A DNA stretch of 63,502 nucleotides, counting the filler, from Vermamoeba vermiformis (lineage: Eukaryota), in the NCBI GenBank assembly GCA_045837725.1. It is 7 parts of 7 records of this genome, joined end to end, with 100 filler letters (N's around TTAATTAATTAA, not from the genome) between each part and the next. Parts side by side here need not be neighbours in the genome. Positions count along the whole stretch, not along the records: positions 1 to 4,693 come from JBEWZL010000074.1; positions 4,794 to 13,175 come from JBEWZL010000085.1; 5 more parts are not named here. One strand, given 5' to 3'. The position numbers were made by a program, and so were the translations under genes. Shown piece after piece: positions 1 through 11,414 of the stretch (positions within the stretch are counted from its first letter, which is position 1; each line of letters opens with the position of its first letter). A model generated the notes under the pieces. That model searched no databases and was not told the origin of the DNA. It saw only the letters and a list, made by a program, of their open reading frames with translations.

Positions 1-553
1 GTAGTGGATAAAAAAAGAACACTGTTGAACAGGAAGAAAATTTGCCGGCGCATTTTAACCGGGCTACAAGAAGTTTACTTTAGGCTGATTATTCATAATA
101 GGTTACTCACCCACTCACCCACTTGACCGAGTTCCGTATTTAGTGCTTGGATCTTCTAAATTGGATTGTCTTCCAACTTTGTGCGAAAATTGCCAGATTG
201 TGTACATTGTCATCTGAAAACAATCATGTTCCAACATTAATACAAATACGAGACGTGGATACTTGTGTATTGTAGGGCATGGCGCACAATTACAAAGATT
301 CCGGCATGAAGCATATGGATACCCGTATAGTGCGTTTTGAGGATTACAATCAGGTTCCGCAAGGGCCGACGAAAAAAATAGACGAATTTTGTTTTGAAGC
401 CCTCTACGACAATGGAATATCTAAGGAATTACACGCCGTAACGGATGAGACCCTAATAGCTTTAGGTAAGATTCCGTGATCTAAAAATAAACAAATAAGT
501 TAAACAATTATTTAATCTAATGTTTTCGTTCAATAGGAAAACCAGATAGTCTA

Positions 554-3500
554 ATGAACAACATATATATTTTTAGAATAATACAGGAATTGAGAGAAAA
601 AGAATTACCGGAGTTGACACGCCAAGGTTTAAAACCGAATGGTAAGATTACTAAGAAGAAATGGAATGGCTACACAATTACAAAGCGTACACTCACGATT
701 GGAGACGTATCGCTATGGGAATACATTTATAAAAAGAGCGACGACGACTGGATCATTTTACACCGCTACGCTCCAAAGATACAATACAACAAAAACGGTC
801 AACAAAAGCAGAAAGCTCCGCAAACGAACATTGCACTTAATGAACACAACAGCAACAAAAATACTCAAGACAATTGGCAAAACTCCGAAGAGCTCGATAG
901 CTTTGTTAACAATGATATTGAAGGCAATGACAATGAGAATAATCAGCTGGACAGCGAAACTCCTCACGTCATGGAAAATTCTCAAGACAATTGGCAAAAT
1001 TACTCCGAGCTCGATAGCTTTGTTAACAATAATATTGATGGCAACGACAGTGACAATGAGAACTATTTCTATCAAGATGGAGCTAATAGCAACCAAAATA
1101 ATCAGCATGAAGTCGGTCAATGCCTGCAAATCCTCACCGAAGCTTGGCAAAATCCGCGCATGCACAATGAGAATATCGAACCAGATGTCAACGAAATTAT
1201 GGAAGACGTCGATGGAATTCTACCAGACGCTCCCAGCACGTTGTACCTCAAACTGTTACGCGAAAGCATAGCAAAAAAGAAGTTCTTCAATAAGCCAATT
1301 AAAATATATGACGAATTATTGCAATTTAAGCTGGCCTCGGACGATCTGATGGAAGATGAAGACGATGACGCCTCAAATGGGGGTTTAGACCACGATTCAG
1401 ACGAGGTTGAAGAAGAAGAGATAATTTCCTTTTCTGAGTTGACGCAAGATGGCTTCCAGTTTATTATCGATAACAAATTGATCCATTTAACTTCCCCTGG
1501 AGGAACGGGCAAAACGATGACGATTTGGCAGTTGGCGAAGAGTGTCGACGAGTATTTTCGTCGAAAACTCGTTCCTGTTGCTATTAAAGGTCAGCAGGCA
1601 ATAATATCTTAGTTTGAAAACTAATGTGTGATTGCAGCCGAGCACTACTATCATCAGATTAAGCTAGAAGACCAGTTCAATTTTCAATATTTGTCGGTCG
1701 AAGCGCTCGTCAGAGGTAGCATGCATACTGCCGAGGTGAAGAACATCGAAGATCAACAGATATGGTGCCAGAATCTAGAAGCTACGATTCAGAACGGCAC
1801 GGGTATTATTCTGTTGATTGATGCCCTCGATGAAATGAAGTCACGTGATCGAGAAGAGTTCTTGAAACATATTGAATTTTTAACGGCCAATCTCCCTGGT
1901 TAGTTCATTTGCATCCAAAACAAACTTCAATCCTAATTCAAACATCTTTACAGGGTTGATTAAAGGAGAGGTCAATCTTGTGGCACTTGTTGTGTCATCT
2001 AGACCAGGCTTGACCTTGCCGACAGATTCCGAAGAACTGTCCTGGCTGCAATTAGAGCTGATCGAGCACGACGACTCAGAACACGTGTTACAGATCTTGT
2101 GCGCACCAGGGAGTGCAGTATATACGAAGGCTCTAGAGCTGTGCGAACATTACGAATTTCCAAAGTACTTGTTCTGGTACTCATTGTTGGTCATTGAAGC
2201 AGAGACAATGGACGCGAACTCGACACTGACAGCTTCTCAGTTCGATTTTCTCGGAGGATTGTTGTTACGCTCGATCCGGACGACAAAAGATAAGAAAACT
2301 AGTCTCGACGCTGATCAATCGGCAATGCTGAACGAAGATGCGACGTACTTGCTGCTCATAGCAGGGTTGATAGCATATATCGCCAAAGTTCGGCAAACAA
2401 CTAGGATCGCTGATTTAGAACAAGAGCTCTCGTTCTTGATGACTGACATGTCATTTCCAAAATCAATTATTGACAGTCGCGGCTCAGTTATCAAGAAGCT
2501 ACTGCCGGTATTGCAGTTTTGTCATTGTTGCACATCCTGCACGGAAGACAGCGAGGACAAGTTGATAGTATTCGATCATCTGATCGTTTTCGATTACTTA
2601 GTCGCGAGTTTCATCATCAAGACGATCCTGCAACAAACTCACCCGTCATTAAAAGAACAGATCACTGCGAACCCATCTTTGGCATTCGATTGGCCACATT
2701 ACGTCACAGATACAGCGCGTTACGACTCTGAGTGGCTTCAAGTCATGCACCTCATTGCCGATGCGCTGCCAGTCGGAGATTTCATCACAACGATCAAACA
2801 ATGCCGTCTCGATGAAGCAGAGGCCTGGCTGTCAAACATAGCCAATCATCCGCGGTGCTATGACATTGAAGACCCGACATTAGCGTACATCAAGTTGATA
2901 GTCTCGTGTCTATTTAATGCGTCGCGAAAGAGTGTTAGTACTGCCAAGACAAGTCATAAAAACAAAAAATCAAAAAAAGAGAGCTCGCATTCGGACAGTA
3001 GTGCGACACGATTAAGTTTTGAAGTATTAATCAAATTGTTTTCTCAACCGGTGATTGGTCAACTGATTATTGAAGATATTTGTCAGATAAAGTCGTTGTC
3101 ATTACTCTTCGACGAGTTAACGCAACAAAATCTCCACGGCAGATTTATTCAGATATTTATCGACAAATTTAACGCGCCTTCAAGCGAGCAACGTATGCCC
3201 GAGGAACTAGTGACGCTCGCCATCCGTTTTTTCAATATTGGCAATCCAGAGATTAATTCGACCATTCAAGATGGACTTTTCAATCGATTGTCGTCGCGTT
3301 GTGCCACCGAACCAGTCAGCAGCCCAATGACCAGAGCAATACAATTTTTTTTCAGAAAGATCCAAGCCTTTGGTTATTTGATAGACAAGCTTGCCAGCGA
3401 CGACGAACTCGAAGTTGCTTCGGCCATACCAATGTTGCTTGGTTTTAAAACTTATCGGACAATGTTCTTCATACAAATTGACGCACTTCTCATGGAAATT

Positions 3501-4503
3501 GCACAACACCAGTCCTTACCCCCCGATGAAGTTATGCCAAGACTGCCAGGTCCTTCAGTGTTGAACGCACTTCTAGCATGTGGATCGTTAACTTGGCTGG
3601 AGATCAAGCACGCCTGTCGATACTTTGACAACGAGCACTTCAGCTGGTTGAGGGAGACCATTCGACATTACTACGGAAGCATCAAACAAAGGTCGGCGCA
3701 GACACGAGAAGTAATTCTTCCCGGTCACTTCGATTGGTATTCTCGGAAGAAATCGAAGACATTGTTGGCTTTTGGTATGGCAGGAAAACCAACCTCCAAA
3801 GGGTTTGTGCATGATGTTACCCAAGAACAAACACAAATTTTTGCCGGATGCGTAGAAATTGCCTCTGTGATGTTGAAAGCAAGAGACGAGCACAAGCCGC
3901 TAGCTGAATTGGAATTTATTGACGATCAGTTGGTTCCAGTTCCCTTTAAAGGTAAGTTAACTTTTGTCTGAACGAGCAACTGACACGCACTCAGAAAATA
4001 CAGTAGAAGAGGCACTAATTTTGCTTGACCGCAACGCTGAAAAGATTAGTGTGCAATTTGATACCAGAGTTCGGCGAAATCTGGTCATTCACAGATGCCA
4101 TTACGTACAACTTGTAGCGGATAATGTTCTCGCTCAGCTGTTCACTTTAATAGATCAACTGACGAGCGCGCACATCACCCTATTGATAGGCTACGCGAAC
4201 GATTGCTTTTGTCTCAAGGGAACGAGAAAGGAGTGGTACCCCGTGATAAACTACAACAGCTTGGAGAATCTGCTCGTCGCATTGTGCTCCGAAGACAGAT
4301 CATTCCAATGGAGCCCAGAGACTGTTGTTCAATTGTGGCAGTTCCTCGGCACAGACTGCTACCAATTCTATTTGGAAGAATTTTATCACGACCAAGTCTT
4401 CCCTGACTTGATCGAAGAAATGACCGCCAAATGGAGCATAGAAGAGGCGCGCATTCTTAGCCGCAGTTATGCAGATGGATTTGAAATCCAAATTGCAATA
4501 TGA
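554..4503 (+). CDS. NACHT/STAND-family NTPase (NLR-like), ~1270 aa, multi-exon; 5' end uncertain (possible upstream exon 279-465)
   Basis: Walker A LTSPGGTGKT, Walker B ILLIDALDEM, sensor-1 VVSSRP, winged-helix motif FDHLIVFDYLVA. Frame-preserving GT-AG introns 1590-1637, 1899-1953 and 3952-3994 join ORFs 554, 1628, 1956 and 3964. Confidence 0.8.
864..1050 (+). repeat. Intragenic duplication (117-nt offset) encoding the N/D-rich motif QDNWQNxxELDSFVNNxIxGND
   Basis: ctcaagacaattggcaaaa...gagctcgatagctttgttaacaat occurs at 864 and 981. Confidence 0.9.
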
Positions 4504-4693
4504 CGTCATGCAGATGATTGCGCAGTTGACTGTTGAAGAGTGAAATATGCTTCGATCATTCCATCAATACAACGATGCACAAATCAACACACTGTATTGC
4601 CGACATAAAATTGACACGCCGTCACAAATCACTTTCACTTTAATCGATAAGTGCAAATAAGGGAAAAACGACCGTTTCTATACTGGCCATCGC

Positions 4694-4793
4694 NNNNNNN
4701 NNNNNNNNNNNNNNNNNNNNNNNNNNNNNNNNNNNNNTTAATTAATTAANNNNNNNNNNNNNNNNNNNNNNNNNNNNNNNNNNNNNNNNNNNN
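4694..4793. other. Artificial contig linker
   Basis: 100-nt N run containing TTAATTAATTAA (stops in all six frames). Confidence 0.98.
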
Positions 4794-5158
4794 TTTGTTT
4801 GCTGAAATTTTTTGAGTTAGTGGCAAATCAATTTTTTTCTAAGTCCAACAATCAACTTCAAGAAAATGCAACTATATTACATGAGTAGTCTAACAATTTT
4901 AACTTTTAAAAACTATTATTATATGAATAAAGCTAGGTGTACATTATAGTTTTAAGGTGGGTTAATGTTTATTTGTAAATGCACTGCAATCTACTTGGAT
5001 TTGATTCTGATTACCAATAAGATTAAGTGAGGAACTAGCACTGACACTAAGCAATGTGCTAGACCTTGAGTGGAGTCACCTCACACTCTCTCTTATTGTC
5101 TACAAGCTCAACACAAGTAACAAAGGTGTTGAAAAGTAGGTGATGAAGAATGACTACT

Positions 5159-7109
5159 TCAAAGAGCTAGTAGTTGCTGCAAGAAAGGATGAGTTGATAG
5201 ACCAAACTGTTGCACCATCTCTTCATCATCAAGAACTAGATAGTGCTCCTCTGCAGTTTCAGCAGAGTGATCCATCAGGTAATGGAACCACTGCTGATGA
5301 GACTCTGTCCAACCCCTCAAATTGCCCTTGTTATAAGCAAGAGTATTTAAACTCTTTCTAAGGACTTGAATTGTGTATTGAGAGTTGGTTACTTGGTTGG
5401 TTAGAGCCTTAATAAGCTGGCAAATTTTGTTAGTTGTAAATGATTTTCCTGTGTCATAGTCAATCCAAAAATCATCAGATGGATGGTTTGAATCAACTAA
5501 ACAGGGTCTAACATGATCTATATAAAAGTTGATGTATTGATTTAAAGAACAAGGTACTGGGAATGGCTTGAAGATAGACCTGTTATTGTATGAAGCATTC
5601 TTGGTCCACTTAGGACAGAATTCCCAGTAGCCTTTGTTCTTTTTATAGTATCTCTTACCTTTACTTACTGCTTCATCTCTTTGTTTCCAAATCATAGTGT
5701 CATTCAGAACCATCTTAGTGAAGTAGCTAGTTCTTGGCATGCCAATTGAAAGACCAAGAGTCCACATCAAGCACAACTGATACTGCTCACATTGCTGAAG
5801 CTTTAAAGGCTCTATTCAAAGTTATTTGTTAGTTAACAAATTTGTTTTGATCAATAGTCTTTGATTACTGACTTGTCTTTGTGACCATAGTATTTTTTTT
5901 CTTGAAGTGAACCTTTGATTGAATAATCTCTTCCATTGTTGTCTTTGAGAACTCTGATACTGCCACAAACTTGTCTTCAGAGCATAGTTTGCCTTCAGCT
6001 TTCATCACTGACATTCTCATGGAGTGTTTCTTCAAGTCCCTGGCTGACTTTCTAGCTTTCTTCCTTTGATTAAGATAGAACTTCTTTACTGCTTTGATTT
6101 GTCTCAACCTAATGTAGTTATTTTCATTTAACTTAACAATTTTAAGTAGTTTAAGGATACAGCTGATGTTAGAGCAAACTGTTGAAGCCATCTTCTTTCC
6201 TTTTCTTGTTTTCTTTTTGCCTATAGTTAAGAAGAACTGCTTATTAATATCAATAGACTGAAAGAACTTTGCAGGTGTTGGGTAATGATTAGTTAATTTG
6301 ATGAATGACTTTGTTTTCAAGTCTTTCATCAAAAATATAATTATGGATACTAGTGTTGATGATAATAGTCTTGAGTTATTGTTATTTGACTCTGAGTCAA
6401 TCTCCTGAATGAGATCAGCCCAGTACTTAGCCTTGATCAATTTTGATTTGATCAGTTTCCAGTTGATTGGCTTAGACTTCTTTTTCTTCTTCCTTTTAAG
6501 TGGCTCTTCTTCAACTGCCTCTTCAACAGCTTGTTGGATGTGGAATTCTTCAATCTCTTCTTCAATCTGTTGCTGCATTGGCTTTGGAATTCTTCTCATG
6601 TTCAATGGGTCTGCTCTAATTACTTGCTCTGCTTCTATTTCTTCTTTAGACTCCTTCATTTCACTTCTTTTTCTCCACCTGTTGACTCTCTGAATCCATT
6701 TTCTTCCTTCTGTTGACTTCTTGAGCAGAGCATTCTCCATCCAGAAAACCTCTCTGAACCTAACTTCTACTTTGTAGAGCAACTTATTGCCCTCAAATTT
6801 GAATGAATATACATTAGTAATCTCTCCTCCTAACTCCTCCTCAGCAGTAGGCCTATGGTTATGAACCTTTGGTCTATTCCTGGGATTTGTAGCAGAGAAG
6901 AGTTCAATGATAGTATACCTATTAGCAGGAGAGTACCTTAAAATGCCAGAGCAGCAGTTGTTCTTCAAGTGGGGTATCACTGACTTGAACATGAGCTCTT
7001 TGTAGCAGAGGGGGCAGTCTACCTGCTTGCAACTAAGATTGAATGAATGCCAATGAGCCAATTGCCTGGTCATTTCATCTTTGTCAAAGGCTTTGAATAT
7101 ATCTTGCAT
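5159..7109 (-). CDS. Tyrosine recombinase with N-terminal C2HC zinc finger and chromo-like domain (Crypton-like DNA element protein), ~630 aa, 2 exons
   Basis: YR motifs: SIGMPRT (R), WTKN (K), IQVLRKS (H/QxxR), LMDHSAETAEEHY (H...Y). N-terminal CPLC..H...C. Chromo-like ITNVYSFKFEGNKLLYKVEV..FWM. In-frame intron 5872-5812 (GTCAGT...CTAAC...AATAG). Confidence 0.75.
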
Positions 7110-7277
7110 AGTGTTATTGTTGAAAAATTAAAAAGGGTTCCCTTGTGGTGCTGTGTTTTTAAAAAAACAACAAAATAAATTGGACAAAAAAAATTGATTT
7201 GTGATTTGTAACAGCTAGTTTTTCATGAAAAATACATTATGTCTGCAACCTCAGCTTTGTTAACTGAACCTGCACGT

Positions 7278-7498
7278 ACATGTCATAAGCAGTCCAACAA
7301 AGCAAAGCGCACTCAATTCTGTTAATTACTAAGGTATTTCAAAATGCATTTTGCCTAGCTTTGACAGGGGTCTATAACTTTTTTTTTAAACCATCAATTT
7401 TATGATTGATCCTTAATCTACATGTCATTAGGAGTCTAACAAAGCAAACCGCATTGGAATCTGTTAATTACTAACTGAGATCAAAATGCATTTTGACC
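7278..7498. repeat. Two ~80-bp imperfect direct repeats upstream of the YR gene
   Basis: tacatgtcat..g.agtc.aacaaagcaaa.cgca.....t.ctgttaattactaa.......tcaaaatgcattttg at ~7278 and ~7419. Confidence 0.85.
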
Positions 7499-8033
7499 CC
7501 AGAAACTTGCCTTTTTTGGCAGGTTGCGTAGACTGCCTGCAGCATCCCAGGTTCAAAACCCACTGCTTGCAACCTTTTTTTTTTATTTTTTCCTCTTAGT
7601 TAAGACTGCTAATAGGCACTGTTTCTTATATTGTTTAATGTTTTCCATTGCATTAAGCCTATTTCAGGGCCTTTCTGCTTGATTCCACTTGTTCCTTCTT
7701 ATTGCCTGTTTGGTTTCAACCACCTCTGCTTCTAGGTCTCATGCCCTATACAGCACTTTTCCACCACTGCCTTGATTACTATGGTATCATAGCATCTATA
7801 CATCATCACCCAGTGACTTTCTATTCTTGTGTTACTTGGCTCCAACTCCTGGCATTTTAGGTGCCCAGGCCAACATTGCTCCAATTTTCTCTCTTCAACT
7901 CCACAGCCAAAGCCCATCTATTTAGTACAAGTTGTTAGTACCCTTCAAGCAATAACTGGGGGGACTATTGCTTATGCCCCTTCAGTCCTCATTGCAAGGT
8001 GCAAGTCAAGTCAAGTCATTCTCCTTGGTGAGC

Positions 8034-8325
8034 TGAGGCAGGGCCTTCTTCCCTGCCTCAAAAACTATTACCTCCACTAAGATTATTCTAGTTCTACTAA
8101 TCAATGACTGTTGAGTGTCCCCTTGATTGCAGGCAGTCTTTACAGCCTGCCTGGTAACTTGTTCAGCAGTAACCAAAATATTACCAGCTACTTTGTGAGG
8201 TGAGGCAGGGCCTTCATCCCTGCCTCAAATACTATTAGCACAGTCATAACTATGCTTGATCTATTGTATCAAGGCCAATTGGATGCTTCCCATTGATTGC
8301 AGGCAGTCTTTCAGCCTGCCTGGTA
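8034..8325. repeat. ~170-bp-period direct repeat with two hairpins per unit
   Basis: TGAGGCAGGG...CCCTGCCTCA at 8034 and 8201; TTGATTGCAGGCAGTCTTT(A)CAGCCTGCCTGGTA at 8123 and 8293. Confidence 0.85.
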
Positions 8326-9809
8326 CTAGTTAAACATCAAAAACAGCCTCTTTTCTGCCTATCTGCAAATTTGCAGATTTGATATTTTATTGTAATTTAT
8401 CACCTTTTTTGCTCATTTTCATGCTCTTTATTCATATTTTGAACCCTTTTTACAAGCAGCGCATCAATTGCGCAATTTGATTTTTTTAATTTTTTTCGCA
8501 CTTTGCCGAATCCTTTCCAAAATCAATTTTTAAGCTTGTAACAGCATATTTACATGTATTAAAGGTATTATTTTATTATTCTGATGATCTTTTTTCACCA
8601 AAGCCTGTCATCAGCATTGTCATCAGCCCTCTCATCAGTTATTGTCATCGGCACCCAAATTTTCGCAAAATTGTTTCGGATTTACCTCAACTTTCTCATT
8701 GTTTTTGATAATTTGGGCATAATTAGCCTCCTCTGAAGTATATTTGTGCAAATTTTGAGACGCGCTGCCCTCGGCCTAGCGGCCTCGGACAGCGCCGAAG
8801 ATCCCATTGTATACAACTTCCCAACGCTAAAATTGGCCCAAAATCTCAGAAAAAAATTGGAATTGCGGTAAGGCAAGGCTATTTCGTCGTTCTAATGCAT
8901 CTGTGGCAACAAATAGCATGTAATTCTATTGTACATACCGCAGTGCATCGTTGAGGCCCAACCAATGGCAAGTGCGAGCACAAGGAACTTTGTTTAAGCT
9001 TCAACTTTGCCAACTAACCCAGAGCCCGGTGGAACACATCACAAACATCATAACAAAAGAAAACCGGTTGTTTTGAGAGGCCGTACGAAGCGAGCCAAGA
9101 CCGATTTACTAAAAGAAATTTCCGCCGAATACTGCTTCTTTGACCGGAGTTTGACCTCGTTCATGAAGAAAAGACCATTTTTTTGCCCGAGCTTCTCGTC
9201 TTTCTTCGTAGCAACCCAAGAAAATTCCAAAAGAAGCGTTCCTACTCCTCGGATTTTAAAATGACGAATTACCCAATAGAAGAGGTGATAGGCAGGTACA
9301 AGAGCGAGTTTCCCTCGAACGTTGCCACTGTTGGATGACTATGTCTGTTTACTGTCTGTCTCAGCACGGCGTGAGAACAATTATAACGTGACGCGAAGGA
9401 ATCGCCTAAGTCTGTTAGTAAGAGAGCAAAACTACTTCCAAATGCTTTTGGGAAACGTTCCGTTTTCTTTCCGAATGAATTAATAAAAAATAATTGGAAC
9501 ACACCAAGTCTACCTCTTTACCTGCTTTCCTACGGTCTAGCAAGCACTCAAATAAGCCAGCTGCTCGCAGATATGGTTGCACAAAACGTAAACACTTGCA
9601 ATTCGTTGCCGAACGCAGTTTGTACCGCCCAGCCCGAGGTCACTTAATTTAAAAAGCAAAAATACGACACAATTCAAGGTAATAATTACGCAAGATTTGC
9701 TCTCCGAAGTAAATAAAGCATGCGTCAACGCAACGATATCGTTCAGAACAAGAACAGAAAGCTAAAAAAGGAAGGTGTTTCATGAAAAAAACCGCTAACA
9801 ATTCGTTCT

Positions 9810-10665
9810 TTATTCGAATGATTTAATACTATGTTCGAACATTGCCTCCTTCGAGAAGCGAATATAATCACCGAAGTTGTTCAAGTCTCCAGAGGCGAAA
9901 CTTTTTGCATCTGGTCCGCGGAAGGACAACCGCGAGAAAGGATGAGATCACCTTCGTCAATCCGCCGAGAACTTCAGTCTTGCTCAAGGCAGGACACGCA
10001 TGAAACCGCTGGTGGCAGATACGTAATCAGCGGGAGTTGAGCCTTGAACCATCTTGACGAGGCCACCGAAACTGAACAATCCAGATGCGTAAGGATCGTT
10101 CTCCAAGAGAGTATCTGTGATGCGACCAAGTACTCCAGTAGTGGCTGGCATTTGTGAGTGGACATTTTGCACGATGTTATGGGCGAACAAGAAAGGAGGC
10201 AAGCGAATAGTTGTTGTCGCAGGCTCAACTGACGCACCAGCGTTAGCAACGAATAGCGCGTCACCATCCTTGTAGAGTTGCGTCAGTTTGCCCATCACGC
10301 TGATCGTAGAAGCGAGTCATAGGGTGATTAGCGGGGAACTTAATCCTAGTCGACCCATTTAGTGATGGGGTTAGGGCTATTTAAATTAAACCGTTAGACG
10401 TCTGCGATAATCTTTCTCTTGTGTGAATTACTTACTTTCCACCTGCCATAGCGTCCTTGTTACCATCGTGAAATCACGAACACTTTGTCGGGATGGACGT
10501 GGGGAAAGCACTCTTCGGCAGCATCGATGAAAGCACCAATGGTAGGTAGTAGGCGAGCAGTTAGCACCTGTCAAGGTGATATCTCGCAAATAAGGGTTGG
10601 CATCAGAGGACGCGTCCTCTTGGCAAGAGCTTTGATCTTGTTCGCGCAAAGCCGGCCACCTAATT
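9810..10665 (-). pseudogene. Fragmentary intron-containing gene of unknown function, apparently frameshifted
   Basis: Donor GTAAGT ~10434, branch CTAAT plus CAG acceptor ~10300. Coding-like sequence continues in a different frame past ~9995 to a TAA at ~9810. Confidence 0.3.
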
Positions 10666-11414
10666 AAAACAATCAATAAATAAAATATTAAACAGTAAAA
10701 TAAATATCAACAAGGTGGAGACGTCTATAATACTTTAAACAACATTCGAACTTGGAAATGATAGAGAAAATATAAACAAATTAAATTGGAATTAAAATAA
10801 CCACCAAAACAAACTATGAAAAATAATTTTAATCTATTTTATATCTCTTTGCCGAAATTCTCTTCTTGCTAATATCGTACGTCAGAATTTACGCGGATTA
10901 TAAATCCTAAAATAATATTTTGATGCTTAATATTACCGTAGTTGCCTTTTGTCTGGGTTAATGCGTGCAATAAATATTTTACTAATACGAAGTCAGATTC
11001 GCAGTAAAAACTGCGACTCACTAATAAGCACGACAAGTGCGGTGCCTTCCATTAGATAATTAAGTGGAGGACTGAAACAACTATGAAAGAACGGTCGACA
11101 AAGGCAAAAAAAAGCCAAATTTTTTTGGCCAAACGGTCGCAAAAAATAAACGTGTGTGTGCGCAAACTCACCATGGATACCACACAGGAAGCAGTTAAAT
11201 ATATAAAATGGATGCCAAGCAGCTCAGCAGGTTCAAGGAAGACAAGATCTGTGCGCGGGCGCAATTGCAGCAGGCAATCGACGGAGGGACCGAAACAGCG
11301 AAAAGAGCGAGATTTGCAGAAATTATATGTTCAGTTCGAACATTGAATTAAGAACGAACACCACAACTCATATTGGTTATTAAATTTTTATTTCTTATCG
11401 TTCTTAATTCTACT

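Larger units (their letters stand above)
4794..8794 (-). mobile_element. Putative CpG-depleted tyrosine-recombinase DNA element (left end cut by contig edge)
   Basis: YR gene, no CG dinucleotide in 4794-7274, internal direct repeats, and a GC hairpin at 8762-8794 near where normal CpG content resumes. Confidence 0.55.

Noticed and set aside
639-1512. Alternative-frame and antisense ORFs (639-1271, 758-1165, 1117-1512), and similar ones over 11415-12908 and 58650-59381
   Set aside because: Shadows of real genes with no independent motifs.
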